DNA of 64,000 bases from Pelomyxa schiedti (GCA_020536535.1 JAHLWZ010000866.1:4005-68004); one strand, 5' to 3'; shown: positions 49,745 through 63,833, counted from the stretch's first letter. Made by a program: numbers and translations. Notes: generated from the sequence alone by a model not told the origin.

Positions 49745-52700
49745 ATGAGCGGCACGGGAGCAACGTCATCGGCCGGAGGAGCGGTGGTATGGGATCTGGA
49801 GCAACAATTTGACAACGAACTGGGATCTATTTTATCACATAGACCACCGGTGGCCGCGGCAAAAGTGCGCGCCATTACGAAACTCGCTTTGAAGTCCACC
49901 AAAGTACCTTTTTCTTTTTTTTTTCCCCTTTTTTTTTGTTTTGTTTCGTTCCGTAGACTCACTGTAGCTTTTTTTTTAAAAAAAAAGTACTATAAGCATG
50001 TTGTACATAGAGTAGAGCGCTTTATTCCAAAGACTCCCATCGAACACAGGATATCTATGTTGTACGTAATGGACTCCATTTGTCGGTAGGAAAGAGCATG
50101 CCTGTTTCGTTTGACTTACCTTACCTAGTAATTCTCTTATGAAGTATGATGATAAAGACCTGTATGTTGGCCGCTTCAGCATTAACATCCGTACCACTCT
50201 TGCGACAATCTGCCAGTGTCCGCAACGAGATTTGGTAGGTGCAGCTAACATTCGGAGATAGTTTCTTATAAGTTGCAGGAGTCCGTCAAGAAGGTTTTGG
50301 GAATATGGAAGAAGGGCAGCACATTTCCGGCAGAAATATTGTCTGACCTTGAAACCCTTTTAGAGAAGAAGAAATCAGAGTTTTCCCCTCCACTGAACAC
50401 TGGCTCTACTAATACGAGCATTACTTCCATTTCCACCCCAAGCACCCCTCCTTTTTCTGCATCCATTACTGTCCCACCTCCTAATTCGAACTCGCCTCCA
50501 AAGCAATCCCAGCCCCAGTGGTCACCACCTCAGAATTCTAGCACTGTGAATCCTTACCCAAGCCCCCCAATGCAAGTGCAACCGCAAACCCAATATCCCA
50601 TCAACACTTCCACTCCAGCAACACCCCCCTTTACTCCTCAAACCGTGCAACCTTACAAGAAAAGCACCGACCCGAGACTTCGCAATTCCACTATCCAAGG
50701 ACCACCCCCCACACAGCTACAGCCATACATGCAAGATCAGCCCAAGTCTCAAGGTCTAACAGATTTCCAACAGAATCCATCACAATTACCACAACCCCAG
50801 TTTCCACAGGATCAACAATTCCAATCAGACCAACTGCGGCAAGACTGGCCAAATGTGTGGAATGGACAAGGACAGCCACAACAGACTCTTCCATACCCAC
50901 AAACAGATACACAGCAAGTCCAACAACCACAGCAACAAACGCAACTCCAAGACCAACAAGTCCCATCACAACCACCTATTCCCCAAATTCCCCAACTCCC
51001 ACCAGTACCCCAAGAGCAACTACAAGCAACAGTGCCACAATTTCCATACCAAGTTAATCCAGCACAACCTCAGACTCCCCAACCACCTTTTACTGGGCAG
51101 GCTCCATACCCTTGGCTCCCGCCACAATACCCACAGCCTGGTTACAATCCGTATTATCCTATGGGACCTCAGGGAGGTGTACCCCCTCCATACCCAGGCC
51201 AATACCCACCAGTCCCGCAATCAGTACAACCCCCTAATATTCCCACTACTACACCCACTCCAACTCCTGCAGCAGCAGATACCAAACCTGCAACAACTGA
51301 AAAACTGAAAGTTGATACCTTTGATTTTGACTACAGTGATGATGAAGATGAGGATGTTGATGACGAGGTTTACTGAAAACCATTATTTGTTGTCTTACCT
51401 TTGCCTAGGAAAGAATGAGAAGGCTAGAAAAGAGGGTAAAGGAAGAAGAACGGATAGCTAACAACGCAACAAAGCCGTCAGCTACTCCAGCCCCCCAGCC
51501 AACACCACAACAAACTCCTCCACAGCAAATACCTGCACAACAAACAGCAACACCAGCAGCACCAGTACCAGTACCAGCACCAACAAATAGTTTTCCTCCC
51601 CCACCAGGGATGCCCACATATCCTTTCCAGTATGATTCTGCCTCCCAAACAAGTTTGACTTATTCTTCACAGGGGCCAATGGCCACAATATTATCCTGGT
51701 GCGTCTGGGCAGCCTGCATACCCATATTACTCTGGTGAGAGTGTTCCTGGGAACCAGCCGTCTTATCAGAGTCCTGCTCAACAACCCCCAGCTCAACCAC
51801 CGTGGGCTTCCACGGAAGCGAGCACAGCCATTACATCTGGTAATGTTCCCCCTGGTTACATGAGAGGTAAAACTTTTGTTATATTCTTTCAATCAGATTT
51901 ATTTGCTTCAGTAAAAAGTACCATACTTTGGGTTGGAAACGTGCCGCCTGGTGTAACGAAACAGCAACTTCACGACTTGTTTTCACGGTTTGGAAAAATC
52001 GTTGGTCCTGTTAAGGTTGTTAGTGTTGGGTTATGACAATTCCGATACTAACGGTGACCCAGTTGATGGAAGACAAGAAAATGTCATTTATATCCTTTGA
52101 AACTAGAGAGCAAGCTGAAAAGGCCAAAATGGAAATGCACCTATTCCCAATCGAACAGAACGTTAAAATCAAGGTACAATCCACCACTGTGATATTGTGT
52201 TTGTTACTCCCTCTTTTCTCCTGCTCCTCCCTTCCTCCCCCTTCCGCTCCTCTTGCTCCTTCGATTCTCGCATTCTCTTTTTCATGTATGTTGGCCTTTC
52301 TTTGTTACTGCCGCTCATTACTCTGCGTCATGTTTCGGAATCACCCACAAACACAAATACCTTTCAACGGCCAACAACAAACCACCCACTCCTCATTTGT
52401 TGTTGGGGAACATTCCCCTGTGATTGGTAAGAGAGCTTTTTTTTTAACATTGATTTTTCCTCCTCCCCTCTTGTTTGTTTTGTTCCTTCCTCTCCTACAC
52501 ACAGGTGGGCTGGGGCAGGGGTTCAGTCATCAAAGAGAACTTTGACTGGGCCACTGGAGTGTCCATAGTCCCACTGGGCTCAAATATCCCTGGATTCGTG
52601 CCTGTTGAGGGGAATGCCGATATGTCTATGATGCCATCGCAGCCGCCGCCGCAAATGCCAATGCAAATGCAACAGCAACAAGTTCAGCCTCAAGGGAGCA

Positions 52701-53854
52701 ATGCACCAAATCAAATCCCGAACATGACTTCAAACATGAGTTCGAACCCTAGTCAATCAACACTCTCTGGTCCTAATTCCCTTCTCCCACTTCCAAGTAG
52801 TACTACCTCCAATCCCCGTGGTTCTATGACCCCAAGCAACCAGGGCTATAACTATGGGAACCCACCACGCCCTACCCTTTCCCTTCAATCACAAGCACAC
52901 CAAGTCACAAGTCCCACAGAAACCTCTGATACCGCCGCCGCCATTCTCTATGCTCAAAATCAGAGAACCTCCCAACAGACACCACCTTACTCTCAAAAAC
53001 TCTCACAAGTTCCAAAAAGATTATCAGAATCTCCTCAAAGGCAACAGTCCCCACAGAAAAAGCCTGGAGGAATTATGGACAAAACCCTACTACAACAACA
53101 GCAACAAGCACAACAACATTTGCTGCAGGTGCAGACTGGGTGGTCCTTTGGGTCACTCGGCAGGAAAACCCTGTCATCAACATCATCCACAAGTCGCAAG
53201 AGCAAGAGCAGGAGCAGGAGTAGAGGCCGTGGGCGGAGCAGGAGCAGAAGCAGGAGTAACAGTCCTAACAGGCGAACAAAGAACACCAGGAATTCCAGCA
53301 GGAGCAGAAGTGACAGCAGGACAAGAGCAACTGGAAAGAGAAAGCTCAGTAGAAGCAGGAGCAGAAGTAGAAGCTGGAGTAGAGGAAGGAAAACACCAAC
53401 AAAATCCAGTGACCCCAGACTCTACAAACCAAACACCTCCACATCCACTTTCACACCCACATCCACCACCCCCAGCAGTAGCGCCCTCAACAGCACCATC
53501 AGCAACGCCAGCACCAACACCAGTAACACAAGTGGAAACCGGGGCAGAGGCAGGAGCCGAAGCAGAAGCACCAGCAGAGGAGGACCAGGAAAGGGAAGAA
53601 GCAAAAGCCCGAGTAACAGCTGGAGCCCCCCAGGAGACACAAAGTCGAGCCAAAGCCCAAGGAGGGGATCAGGCCCACTACAACAACAACAACCAATTGG
53701 GATTGGGGGCTTCCCAGGTTCTGCAGTGAACGGCAGTGGCACTGGTACTAGTAGCCAACAGCAGCCAGCACCCCCATCATCAAAAAGGACCAAGTATAGC
53801 CCGCCAGCACAGCAACCACCAATGCCACAAAAGAACCCAAATTCCGAACCCTGA
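49745..53854 (+). CDS. CTD-interacting domain - RRM - RS protein (SCAF4/8, Nrd1/Seb1 family)
   Basis: CID RPPVAAAKVRAITKLAL...YKHVVHRVERFI...LYVMDSICR...KKVLGIWKK; DTFDFDYSDDE; RRM STILWVGNV...SFISFETREQAEKA...KVGWGRG; RS-rich tail. Confidence 0.88.
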
Positions 53855-54094
53855 ACTTCCCACCCCAAACCCAATTGATGCACCAAATTCGAAGTGAAGT
53901 CAATTGGCACCACCAATACACAAACACAAAACTACACACCCACTGGAAAACGTGGAATGTAAAGTACCGCGAGATTAAAATGACTTAGTAAATAAAACCA
54001 AAAAAACCCCTGCTTTCTTGTATTTATTTTCACTTTTCCACTTCGTCGTTTGCTGTGGTCAGATCCTGGCTGTCTTTGTTTGGATAATCTAACA

Positions 54095-55917
54095 ATGAAG
54101 GAGGGGTAGGTGGTGCGACTGCACGGAGTTGTTGGTTGTGGTGTTTGCTGTAATTACGGCGTTGGTACCGGTGCGAGTTGCGTAAGAACACGTGACCATT
54201 TTTCACTAACACTCGTCAGGTCGCCTGTTGGATCTGGAAAGCTGTTGTGCTTCCCTAGTGCAGCTGACGCCAGGGCCTTTTTTAGGCTTCTTTTTACTTG
54301 TTTTGCTTGGTGGGGTGTTCAGATGGTAACTATTTGTTGTTTTTTTTTTTACTTCTTTCCTTTTGTTTTTCATTGGGCACCTGTTTAAAGCATTGCTTTA
54401 CTTTAGGTTTGGGCTATGGAATACAGTCACACTACCCCCTTCCTCACTGATCACTTGGATACTTCATTTACTATTGGTGTTCTGGTATGCCTATTTATTT
54501 GAGAGAAAATACCTAACAGTCTCAGGCGTGGTGTGCTGGGCCAATCACGGGGCTTATTGTACGACCTTTTCCAAACTAGCGTTTACAGTGTGTTTAAGCA
54601 CTTCTTAGGTTCAACCTGTTGTTGGTGCTCTCTCGGACAAATTCCAAACTCGCAAACCTTTTGTGGCAATTGGAGCTGTCCTAACTTGTTGTGCTTCTAT
54701 GACCTTTTCTACATCAGGTATAACTTCTCCTATACCCCGAGATTTGATGTAAAGGTTAGATTTAATCTCTGGTGGTATTAACAACGGTGCTATCGCAATA
54801 GCTCTAATATCATTTCTTGTAATGGACTTGTCCATTAATGCTACAATGGTACAAGTCTTCCTGATTTTACATTCTCAAATTTTGGCAGGTCAGTCTGCGT
54901 CTGCTTACTTCAGATATGGTTTCCAGTTCTGGAGATGTTACTCAGCAAGCTACAGCACAAACAATAGCATCCATTTTTCAAGCCACAGGGCAAATTTCCG
55001 GAATGCTGATAAACGGTGTTTTCCCTAATCCACTTGAGCAACTCTGGGTTCCCTATGCTATTGCTAGTGGATCATTACTTGTTTCATGTGGAGTGTGCAT
55101 GATGGCGGCAAAGGAAACAGACAAGGAAGATAGCCCACAAGAGCCGCATCAACCCCACCAAAATTGTACTACATCTTTGGTCAATTTTGCACGATGGCTG
55201 AAATTGATGGGCCAAGAGCTGGCTGCACCACCTTGGATGATGGGACGCGTTCTTGCTGTGCAAATATTCACATGGCTGTCCTGGTTTTGTTCCTTGATTG
55301 TGCTGACTTCATGGTTCTCAGAAGTGTTCTTTGAAGGCGATGGCGATGAAGGCGACAACGCAGGAAGTATGGCATTTCTTGCACAAGCCGTAGTTCAACT
55401 TGGTGCCTCTCTTCTACTTAGCGCTTTGATGCGCTGGGAACAAGGCAGGCAAGAAAAGAAACCTCCACAACCAGAAAGTACTTGCCAACTAAGCTTGACA
55501 CATATCGGCTGGTGTATAACACTTCTTCCTCTTCCTGTATGCTGCGGTCTGATGTTTGGGCTCAGTGCCGCAGAAAAACTCCCTGTGTGGGGGGCGCAAT
55601 TACTGTGGGGCTTCACTGGGATTGCAACCGCTGGGACCAACATATTCCCGTTTGCAGTTGTAGGACAACTCTACCCTAGCAAAAACAAAGGGTTCATGAT
55701 GGGATTCCTCAACTTGGCCATTGTTATTCCACAGCTCATTGACACACTTTACATTGGCTCAGTTCAGGAAGGATTCAGCATAAATGCATGCATATTCCTT
55801 ACAGCCATGTGGGGTCTCTTAGCTGTACTGATGTGCACCCTAGTAAGGGTGCCTCAGAAGACCCAACAGTCTGATGTGGAGACTCCCCAGACAAACCTGT
55901 TGCCTTCTGGACACTGA
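54095..55917 (+). CDS. SLC45/plant SUT-type MFS sugar transporter; start approximate
   Basis: GVQMVWAME, WCAGPITGLIVQPVVGALSD, RKPFV, MDLSINATM, QIFTWLSWF, GFMMGFLNLAIVIPQLI. Confidence 0.85.
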
Positions 55918-56211
55918 ATTATATTCCCAAGCTTGGTGTAATACCCCACTTAACACTTTTGTGTAACTAATAGCACAACAACGTTTTTCCTCATTTGGAA
56001 CGTCAAAGCCAGGCCACGCAAAAAAACACACCCGGCATCTCTTTGTTCGACATCAAGTGCATTTGTTGAAAGCATCAAAACTTCCATGTCCCGAAATGGG
56101 AATTTCGCCTCGCAACCATAAATCAACACCTCAACGACGTTTTTTCAAAACAAAAACGAACCAAAATTAAAGAGGCTGTTTTACACACAGGGTGGTGCCA
56201 CGACGAGTGCC

Positions 56212-59200
56212 ATGACGACCACAATGAAGAAACTACTGAGGCTTAGTGGCACTTCGTCGTCTCCCTCCATTTCGACCACTGTTGTAACAACCCCAAACGC
56301 CACCAGCAGCTTCGCCGCGCCACCCACAATGAGCACCAGCCCCAATCCCAGCGGCTCCATATCGCCCGTCACCCCCAACAAGCCCCGGTCCGCGCTGACC
56401 TCGCCGCGGCGCGTGAGCACCAGCGGGCCCGTGTTCCTCACGCCGCCCACGACGCCGATCGCGACGACGCCGCCGCCGCAGTGGCCGATGCCGCCGATGG
56501 GCATCGCGATCCCGACGCGGTCGTCGTCCGTGCAGCAGTCGTCGTGGACCCACGCGACGCCGACGTCGCAGTCGCTCAGCTCCTCGCACAGCGTCAGTCC
56601 CATGATCGCGATCCCGGCCGTCGGCGCGGTCTCGGCGTCCTCGTCGGGCGCCACGACGCCAAAGGCGCCGGCGCACTCCAACTCGACCTCGCCGTCGCCG
56701 TGCTCGTCGCTCTCGGCGTCGCCCAACTTGGTCGCCAACGCCTTCACGTTCACCAGGGTGACGCCGTCCCACAAGTCGCACTCCACCAACGCGCTCTTAA
56801 GCAGCTCGGTGCCGCAGAATCCTCCGGGCTGCTTGCCTGGTTTCGAGTACAGGGCGGCGATTCAGCAGCAATTCGCCGACGAGAACACTAATAACAATAA
56901 CAAGGGATTCCTATCTGGAACCAGCACCCCGCCTTGGACTGAGAACGGGGAGGATGATGGGCTTGAGGAGGAAGAAATGACGCCCTACATTGTGATGGGG
57001 AGCGGCGGTAGCAATGGCGGCGGCACTGTGGCTGACGCGGAGTATGATGGGATTGTGATTGGAGGCGCTGGCCTCGATGGAAGCACTGTTCACCACGATT
57101 CCAGCCCGAATACACCTCTGCGCAACTCCAGAGGGAGCAGGCACATGCTAATTAACTACCGCCAGCGGCAATCAACTGAACTGAATGGGTGGCAGGAGTC
57201 ACCTGATATTTGCAGCACTTCCCCGAGGCCACCTAGTACTTCTCCTAGACCTCCTTACTCGCCAATTCACACACTTCGCGATTCCGCCTCTAGTGAGAGC
57301 AATTCAGATGCAGCTGACACTCCAAAATCAACTGTAACTTACATGATGGCTCAAAGGCTGTCCCCTCAAATTCCTCATGTAGTGCAACCCATATCTCGCC
57401 TGAATCTTCCTCCACCTCCATATCATCCAGCACCAGCACCAGACGCTTCAAATACCCCACGTATGAACGCAGCCTTCGACACTACCCCGCGAGCCAGCTC
57501 AGCCCTAGACAGTTCCACCACTCCACGAGCAAACTCCACCTGGGACTCGGGGACACCACGAATATGGGATTCAGGCACCCCACGAATATGGGACTCTGGA
57601 ACACCCCGTGCAAACCTTGAATCTTCAAATACTCCACGAATAAATACGAGCCCAGATTGTGTAAACACTCCCCGCACAAACTCATCTCCAGAGTCTGCCA
57701 CCACTCCGCGCATCTACGCGAACTCCAGTGTAAGTTCCTCTAACTCCGGTTATGCTCCGGTACCTCTCTCAAGTGCACACAAAACCTCTTCCCGTGAACG
57801 TCTGCTGTATTCTTCACACAAGAACGCAACCATGCGTAATCTGGCCGAGTATCTGACTGTTATTAACACTAGTCTTTTAACTCTAAAAAGTACCAACAAC
57901 TCAAACTAATTCAAGTCTAACCAACTACAAAAGTTATATCAGGAAGAAATATTAGGGGCACCAAGGGCAAGCCAGCATCAGCCTTTTGCGTGGTGAGACC
58001 GGTTGAGCCTGCAAATGATTTACCCCCAAAAGCCAAGAAAAAGATATACAAAACAGAGTGCTCAATGAAAGACCTCAACCCTGTTTGGTACGGATGTTCC
58101 CCTCAATAATAATATAGAGATCAAATAACTCCCTAAACGAACTAACTTTCCAAAGGGAACAAGAATTCGAAATGTATGATGTAAGGTTCCCTTGAAGTAA
58201 ACCTCACTCCACAAATTAGAGAATTCTCCAATAGTGTCTCCTCAATAATTATCCAAGTCTTTGACCACCACAAGCTTCAAAAAGATGATGTTATTGGTGA
58301 AATTGAGATTCGAGTAGCTGAATTTTTTGATTTCAGGTTTTTTTTTTCATCCCGGGAGGCATGAATATAACCTTATGATACAGCACACATACCCTGCCAC
58401 TCAGAATTGACTCTTCAACTAAGGCTTCTGGTGAGTTGGAAATCTCGTGTAAAGTTGTAACTGCATTGGAGCGCAATGAAGACGTGAGGATCACAAAGCT
58501 ACATTACGACAAACTCCATTCTGTATGTGTACTCCTTTTGTATATGTGACTCACTCCTCCCAAGTTAATAATAACTGAAGATGCAAGTTTACTTCTCCTT
58601 CTTTGCGCTGCATTGGAAAATAAGTGTGATGAGAGCTTTGCAATTTCAGTGGTTCGACTTTTCAATAGAGATGGACTTGCTCAGTCATTAGTTACAAACT
58701 TGCTCTGCCGAGAAGTTACTAGAATTCTAAAAAGTAATTTTCCTTCGTTTATTCGGCCCTTAAATTGATCAGCTGGCTCGACTGTTGTACTTCGGGCCGA
58801 TACCATTGCAACCAAATTATGCACTCAATATGCTAAACTAATTGGGTATCACTACCTCACTTGCGTGCTGAAGCCACAGGTAGAGGTACTGCTCCAAAGC
58901 AATTCTCAACTCTATGAAATGGATCCTGACAAGACCAGGTGAGTCCCAATCAACCTCCATGAATTAGTCTTATAACTCCCTAAAATAGCCCAAGTGACCT
59001 ATCCACCAATGCATCCGAACTTGTTAGCGTCTCTACAAGACTCGTTGAGGCTATTATGTCACCAAGTAACTTTTTGCCAAGGTTTCTTCCTTCTTTTGAT
59101 GCTTAGAGTCTCATAAATGTTAGGAGCTTGCACCAAGTTATACATAGTATGAACCAGTTTGCCGTCACCATAGGTCATCCAGAGTTCTCAACTGCAATCT

Positions 59201-62200
59201 CTGTGGCAATTTTCTTCCTGAGGTACATATGCCCAGCGGGTAAGCCTTTATCTTTATTTCGTTTTGCAAGCCCTTAATCCTCCTGTAGTTATGTTTCCGG
59301 AGCAGTGGGACATAGCATCAGGTTAGAATACAACAGGAACCTCCGCGCTTAACTTGTACATAGGGGAGGTTACAACAGAAACTAGACGGGCTCTTGTAAT
59401 GGTTACTAAGATAATCCAAAGTTTGGCAAACCCCTCCAAGCAACAGTATGTATCATAATCCATACTATACCATTTCAAGATACTGGAAACCATTAACAGT
59501 AACACTATTGAAGGGAAGTTGCCCATGAGCCGACAATGGAACTAATCCTACCAAAAATACAACCACTTAGAGAACCAATGGAACAATTCTTGCAGAGGCT
59601 TAAGGTAGTTTCCTTCTCACAGTGTTTGTAGTTAGAATGTTTTATGGTTTTTTTTTTGTATTAAAAGAGATTGCCTAGGAAAGTCCAACTAATGGATTGC
59701 CTGATGCCTCGCATTCCATCCTCCTGGATGAGGATTATCCAATTCTTATGTCTGTATTGGTGTGTCACCCCCCGAAATCATATTTTCCTGATAGGGCAAA
59801 AAAGATTAGAAAATTTGCGGAAAAAATAGTAGCAATGGAGAAGGTCTTAAATGCACAGCAGTTGGATTCAGCAACCGCTTCTGCAAAGCTTGTGGTGTGT
59901 TTGTTTTTTTCTCCCTGTTATCGTTCCTTTCTGTGTTACTTACTCCTAACCACAGAGAGATTTCCAAGATCTCAAGGCTATTATCACCCAGCACCAATTC
60001 ACTTAACTTGTCATTTATACTTGTATCAAACCTAAGTACTAAGATCATATTTTATTTATTACTGTATGTTTGGTTGGTCCAGTGCATGAATCAAGCCACA
60101 CCTCCACATTGTGTCACTTTACCGATTCACGGTACATCATTTACGCGAACCAAAGCGAAAACGAAAGCAGCAACCAAAAAGAAAACAGGTCCATCACATG
60201 ATGCAGAGGCGTAGATCTGGCAGCACTCCGTCGGCTATGGTAGGGACACAAGAAAAGGTGACTATCATACCAGCCGTATTTTACAAGCTCTGTGCTCTTT
60301 TGATAGAGGGTGGTGCGTATTTTTTTTTTTTCCCCTTTTTTTTCTTTGCCTTTGGCTACCTGTTTTGTAGGTCTTGAAACTGAGGGTATTTTTCGTGTGA
60401 GTGGAGACCAAGTTAAGATTAAAAACACATGCAAAAACTTTGCTGAATGTGCGTACTCCAAAGCGTATAAGAAACTAAAGACATAAAGCGCTATACAACC
60501 AACAAACAAAGGTCCCAGCACGGATAGCCTCTCAAGGCAGGACATACACAATATTGCAGGAGTGTTGAAATACTACATCAGAAATAATACAGAACCCTTG
60601 GTCCCTCAAATGCTTTATAACAACTTCCTTTCTGCGCAAGGTACCATATTACCCATTGCCTATGTCAACTTAAAGAACCAGAGGCTAAAAGTGTAGAGCT
60701 TTTAAAGCAGGCTGTATCAGAACTCCCTGCAGCAAATAAACTTCTACTACACTGTCTAGTTGACCTTTTGTACAAAGTCGCAGAGCATTCTGAAAAAAAT
60801 AAAATGGATGCAACAAATTTAGGTGTTGTTTTTGGTCCAACCATAATGTGGAATACTGCAGAAGAGGACTTAGCTTTATCTCTCCAAAATAACAAGGTGA
60901 ACAAATTATACTTCACCTGCCACTTAACAATCGCAATGTAGCTTCAGTGTGAGCTTGTTGTCACGTTTATAAATCGCCACAATGAGATATTTCCCGTGAG
61001 TCATTTAAATAGTCACAAGCAACTTAATTTTCCCATTCTGCCAGGAGCCTCTTGTGCCTGACCAATATTTGACCCTCAGTGATCCTCCCATTGTGGACCG
61101 ACCAGTTGAATCTGATTCCAGATTGTTTAAGAGTCATCCAATGCCATCTGCGGCACCTATAAAAACCGGGTTCCAGGTACCTCATAGAACAATACAAAAT
61201 CAATAAAATAAAACCAGCTCTTTTTTGGGGGAAGCAGAGGGTCAGAGAGAAAAGAGAGTACTGCGGAGAATGACACAGCAGTCTTGAGGCAACATAAAAT
61301 GCGACAAAATATGTTTGCAATGCTTGTTAAAAAAGAGGAACAAGAAAGACTGCAACTTCTTTCCATGATTGACACTCTCCAAAAAAAGGTACTTTCCTTG
61401 TTTAACATCGATAATTACTTTTAACAACTGAAAAGGTGACTGAACTGGAAAATCAAACTCGGTCAAACTCTATTTCTACTGGAATCTCTTTGGATCACTT
61501 CCGTGACATTACAGAGACAGTTGACGCTGTGAAGTTGCGTTTATCTACACCACTTGCCCGAACCATGGTAGTAGCCAAACCATCCTTTCTGGAATCTTAC
61601 CTGCAATTTTCAGGTTGACGCTCACACAAATCAACCAAATCAGATTCTTTCAGTACCTGGTGTTGAACTGAGCACGCACGATGTTATACCTGACACTCTT
61701 GATGGAAGTCATGATGAACAAGATAGAGAGACCCCTACCGAGGCTTCCAGTGCCAGTCAAAATCAAGCCGCAGCTCTTACTACTTCCACCAGTCAGATAC
61801 TGGAACCACCTCATCAACCACACCCGCAACGGCAGGGAGAACGATCATCTCCTACACTACTGCCCCAAGCCTCACCACAGGCATCTCAGCCTTTCACACC
61901 CGACTTCGTAATCAAGCAACTGAAAGAACACCTTGTTATACAACAGCAAGAAAGTCAACAGTTGAGGGAGCAGAATCACACTTTACAAGAGAAGAATCAC
62001 ACTTTGCAAGAGCAAAATCACACTTTACAAGAGCAGACTCACACTTTACAAGAGAAGAATCACACTTTACAAGAGCAGAATCACACTTTGCAAGAGAAGA
62101 ATCACACTTTACAAGAGCAGGATCGCACTTTGCAAGAGAAGAATCACGCTTTACAAGAGCAGGATCGCACTTTACAGGAGAAGAATCACGCTTTACAAGA

Positions 62201-62788
62201 GCAGGATCGCACTTTACAGGAGCAGACTCACACGTTACAAAAGCAGAACCACACTTTACAAGTGCAAGTCACCGCTGCAGAGCAAGAAATCTTATCATTC
62301 AAACATGATCTTAATGTGGAAAAAGAAAAGGTTGGAGAGCTAAAGTCTGTCTCGGGGTATGCACCGATTCATTTAACGTGTTTCTGAGTAATACCGTTAG
62401 CAAACTAGAGAGCTCAATTGCCCATCTACAGGAGCAGCTGGAATCTGAAGTTGGATCCCACAACGCCACGCGCCTCCTCCTTAGAACCGAGCACGAACAA
62501 TCCGCACAAAGGGAGGCTATCATACAACAAGAAGTTACCGATTTGAAAAAGCAGTGTGTACACTCCCCAACAGTACCCTTGTGTGCCAACCTATATCAAT
62601 AAAATAGATGCTTTTCCGCAACACTCCTTAGTGTTAAAATGAACATGGTTGCACAAAACAAGCACCTCGTTGGGTTCCCCAGTGTACATGACCTCTTTGA
62701 CCAAGCAATCGAGCTCAACATTCCCTTCCAGGAATATGGCAAGTTCATTTGTGAAAAGATGGTACCAACCAAACCCACTGATGGCTGA
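56212..62788 (+). CDS. Large signalling protein: S/T/P-rich region - C2 - RasGAP - RhoGAP - coiled coil; spliced
   Basis: C2 DLNPVW...IQVFDHHKLQKDDVIG (57950-58320). RasGAP LRADTIATK, YEMDPDK, FFLRYICPA, KIIQSLAN (58780-59430). RhoGAP EGIFRVSG, IAGVLKYYIR, NKMDATNLGVVFGPTI (60380-60850). Confidence 0.85.
57445..57712 (+). repeat. Coding repeat: nine x-x-T-P-R units including three 24-bp WDSGTPR units
   Basis: Visible in ORF 56212-57909. Confidence 0.9.
61965..62258 (+). repeat. Coding minisatellite, 14 x 21 bp (QE[Q/K][N/D/T][H/R][T/A]L heptads)
   Basis: Visible in ORF 61962-62387. Confidence 0.95.
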
Positions 62789-62971
62789 AACATCCCAGTT
62801 GTACCAACAACAAAATGTAACAAAGATTTGTTTTTTTTTTGGCAAAGTGCAATTGCCAAAAAATAAATTTAACTGGTCTGTCTTCATGCCACTATCACAC
62901 CATCGTCCTAAGCACGCCACTGACTTTCATCAAAAACACTTTTTTTTGGAAATCAAAATGTTTTTTCTGTT

Positions 62972-63833
62972 TCAGTGAATGTTGTTGAGGCGTTTGGTGG
63001 CCAGGGCGAGTGAGTTGTCAATGGTTTGTTGCCTCGAATCAATGGTGCAGATGGTCGTGGCTTGTTCTCGCAGTTCCTCGCTTGTTTCGAGACTTAATTC
63101 CTTGAGACCCCTGAGTACTTGAGCTACTTGGATCAGGTTCTGTTGTTTGGAGTTAATTCCGGTAGTGCTATTACTTTGGCGATGGATACCTGGTCTACGT
63201 CCTCCTCAAAGGGAACACATGCACTGGTGTTGATTCTGTTTCCAAAGGAAATTGGCGGCAATGGGGGAAGATGAGGACCTTGGCTGCTTGTATCGAGGTT
63301 CAACTGAGTGCGCCATTTTCTGGGGATTCTCCGCGAGAATGCCGCTTTGAATTTACCCAGCAGTGAATACATTCCATCTGTTATTCTGTGTATCTCGTTA
63401 AGCCAAGTAGGAATTCAGTGCGATTCCACACTGGTTTCCAGCCTCCACTTGTTCCTCTATATTTTGAAGCGAAGTTGAAAGGGAGTGTAATTGTTCTGTA
63501 AGACACACTGTAAGTGGCATTGTTTTTAATTTTTTTTTATATAAAAACAACCAAGTAGTTCTTACCCCTTTGGTTGGACAAATTTCCTAGAGTATGCACT
63601 CCAATCTGGTGGGTTTGAGTAACAACCTGTAGCATCTCGACCGTTGCCACTTTATTCTCGAAATGCACCCTCCGTATCTCTTTATTTACCCTCTTTAACT
63701 CGTCCTTGGCCTCCCCCTGTTGCATACCCAGTGCTTTATATCTTTATCTTTGATTGTAAATATCGCAATTTACATCAGTTTCTAATTGTTGCAGAGCCCA
63801 GATCAACAGGTCGACAAAGCTCGGGCAGCCCAT
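62972..63833 (-). CDS. SNAP-25-like Qbc SNARE; start uncertain (63725 or 63833)
   Basis: Qb motif IGVHTLGNLSNQREQLHSL and Qc motif LRGLKELSLETSEELREQATTICTID...LATKRL; no TM segment. Confidence 0.72.

Noticed and set aside
52854-53916. Overlapping alternative-frame and antisense ORFs
   Set aside because: By-products of the stop-poor RS/Q-rich coding sequence.
61965-62258. CRISPR-like array
   Set aside because: Head-to-tail coding repeats with no unique spacers, no cas genes, and a eukaryotic context.
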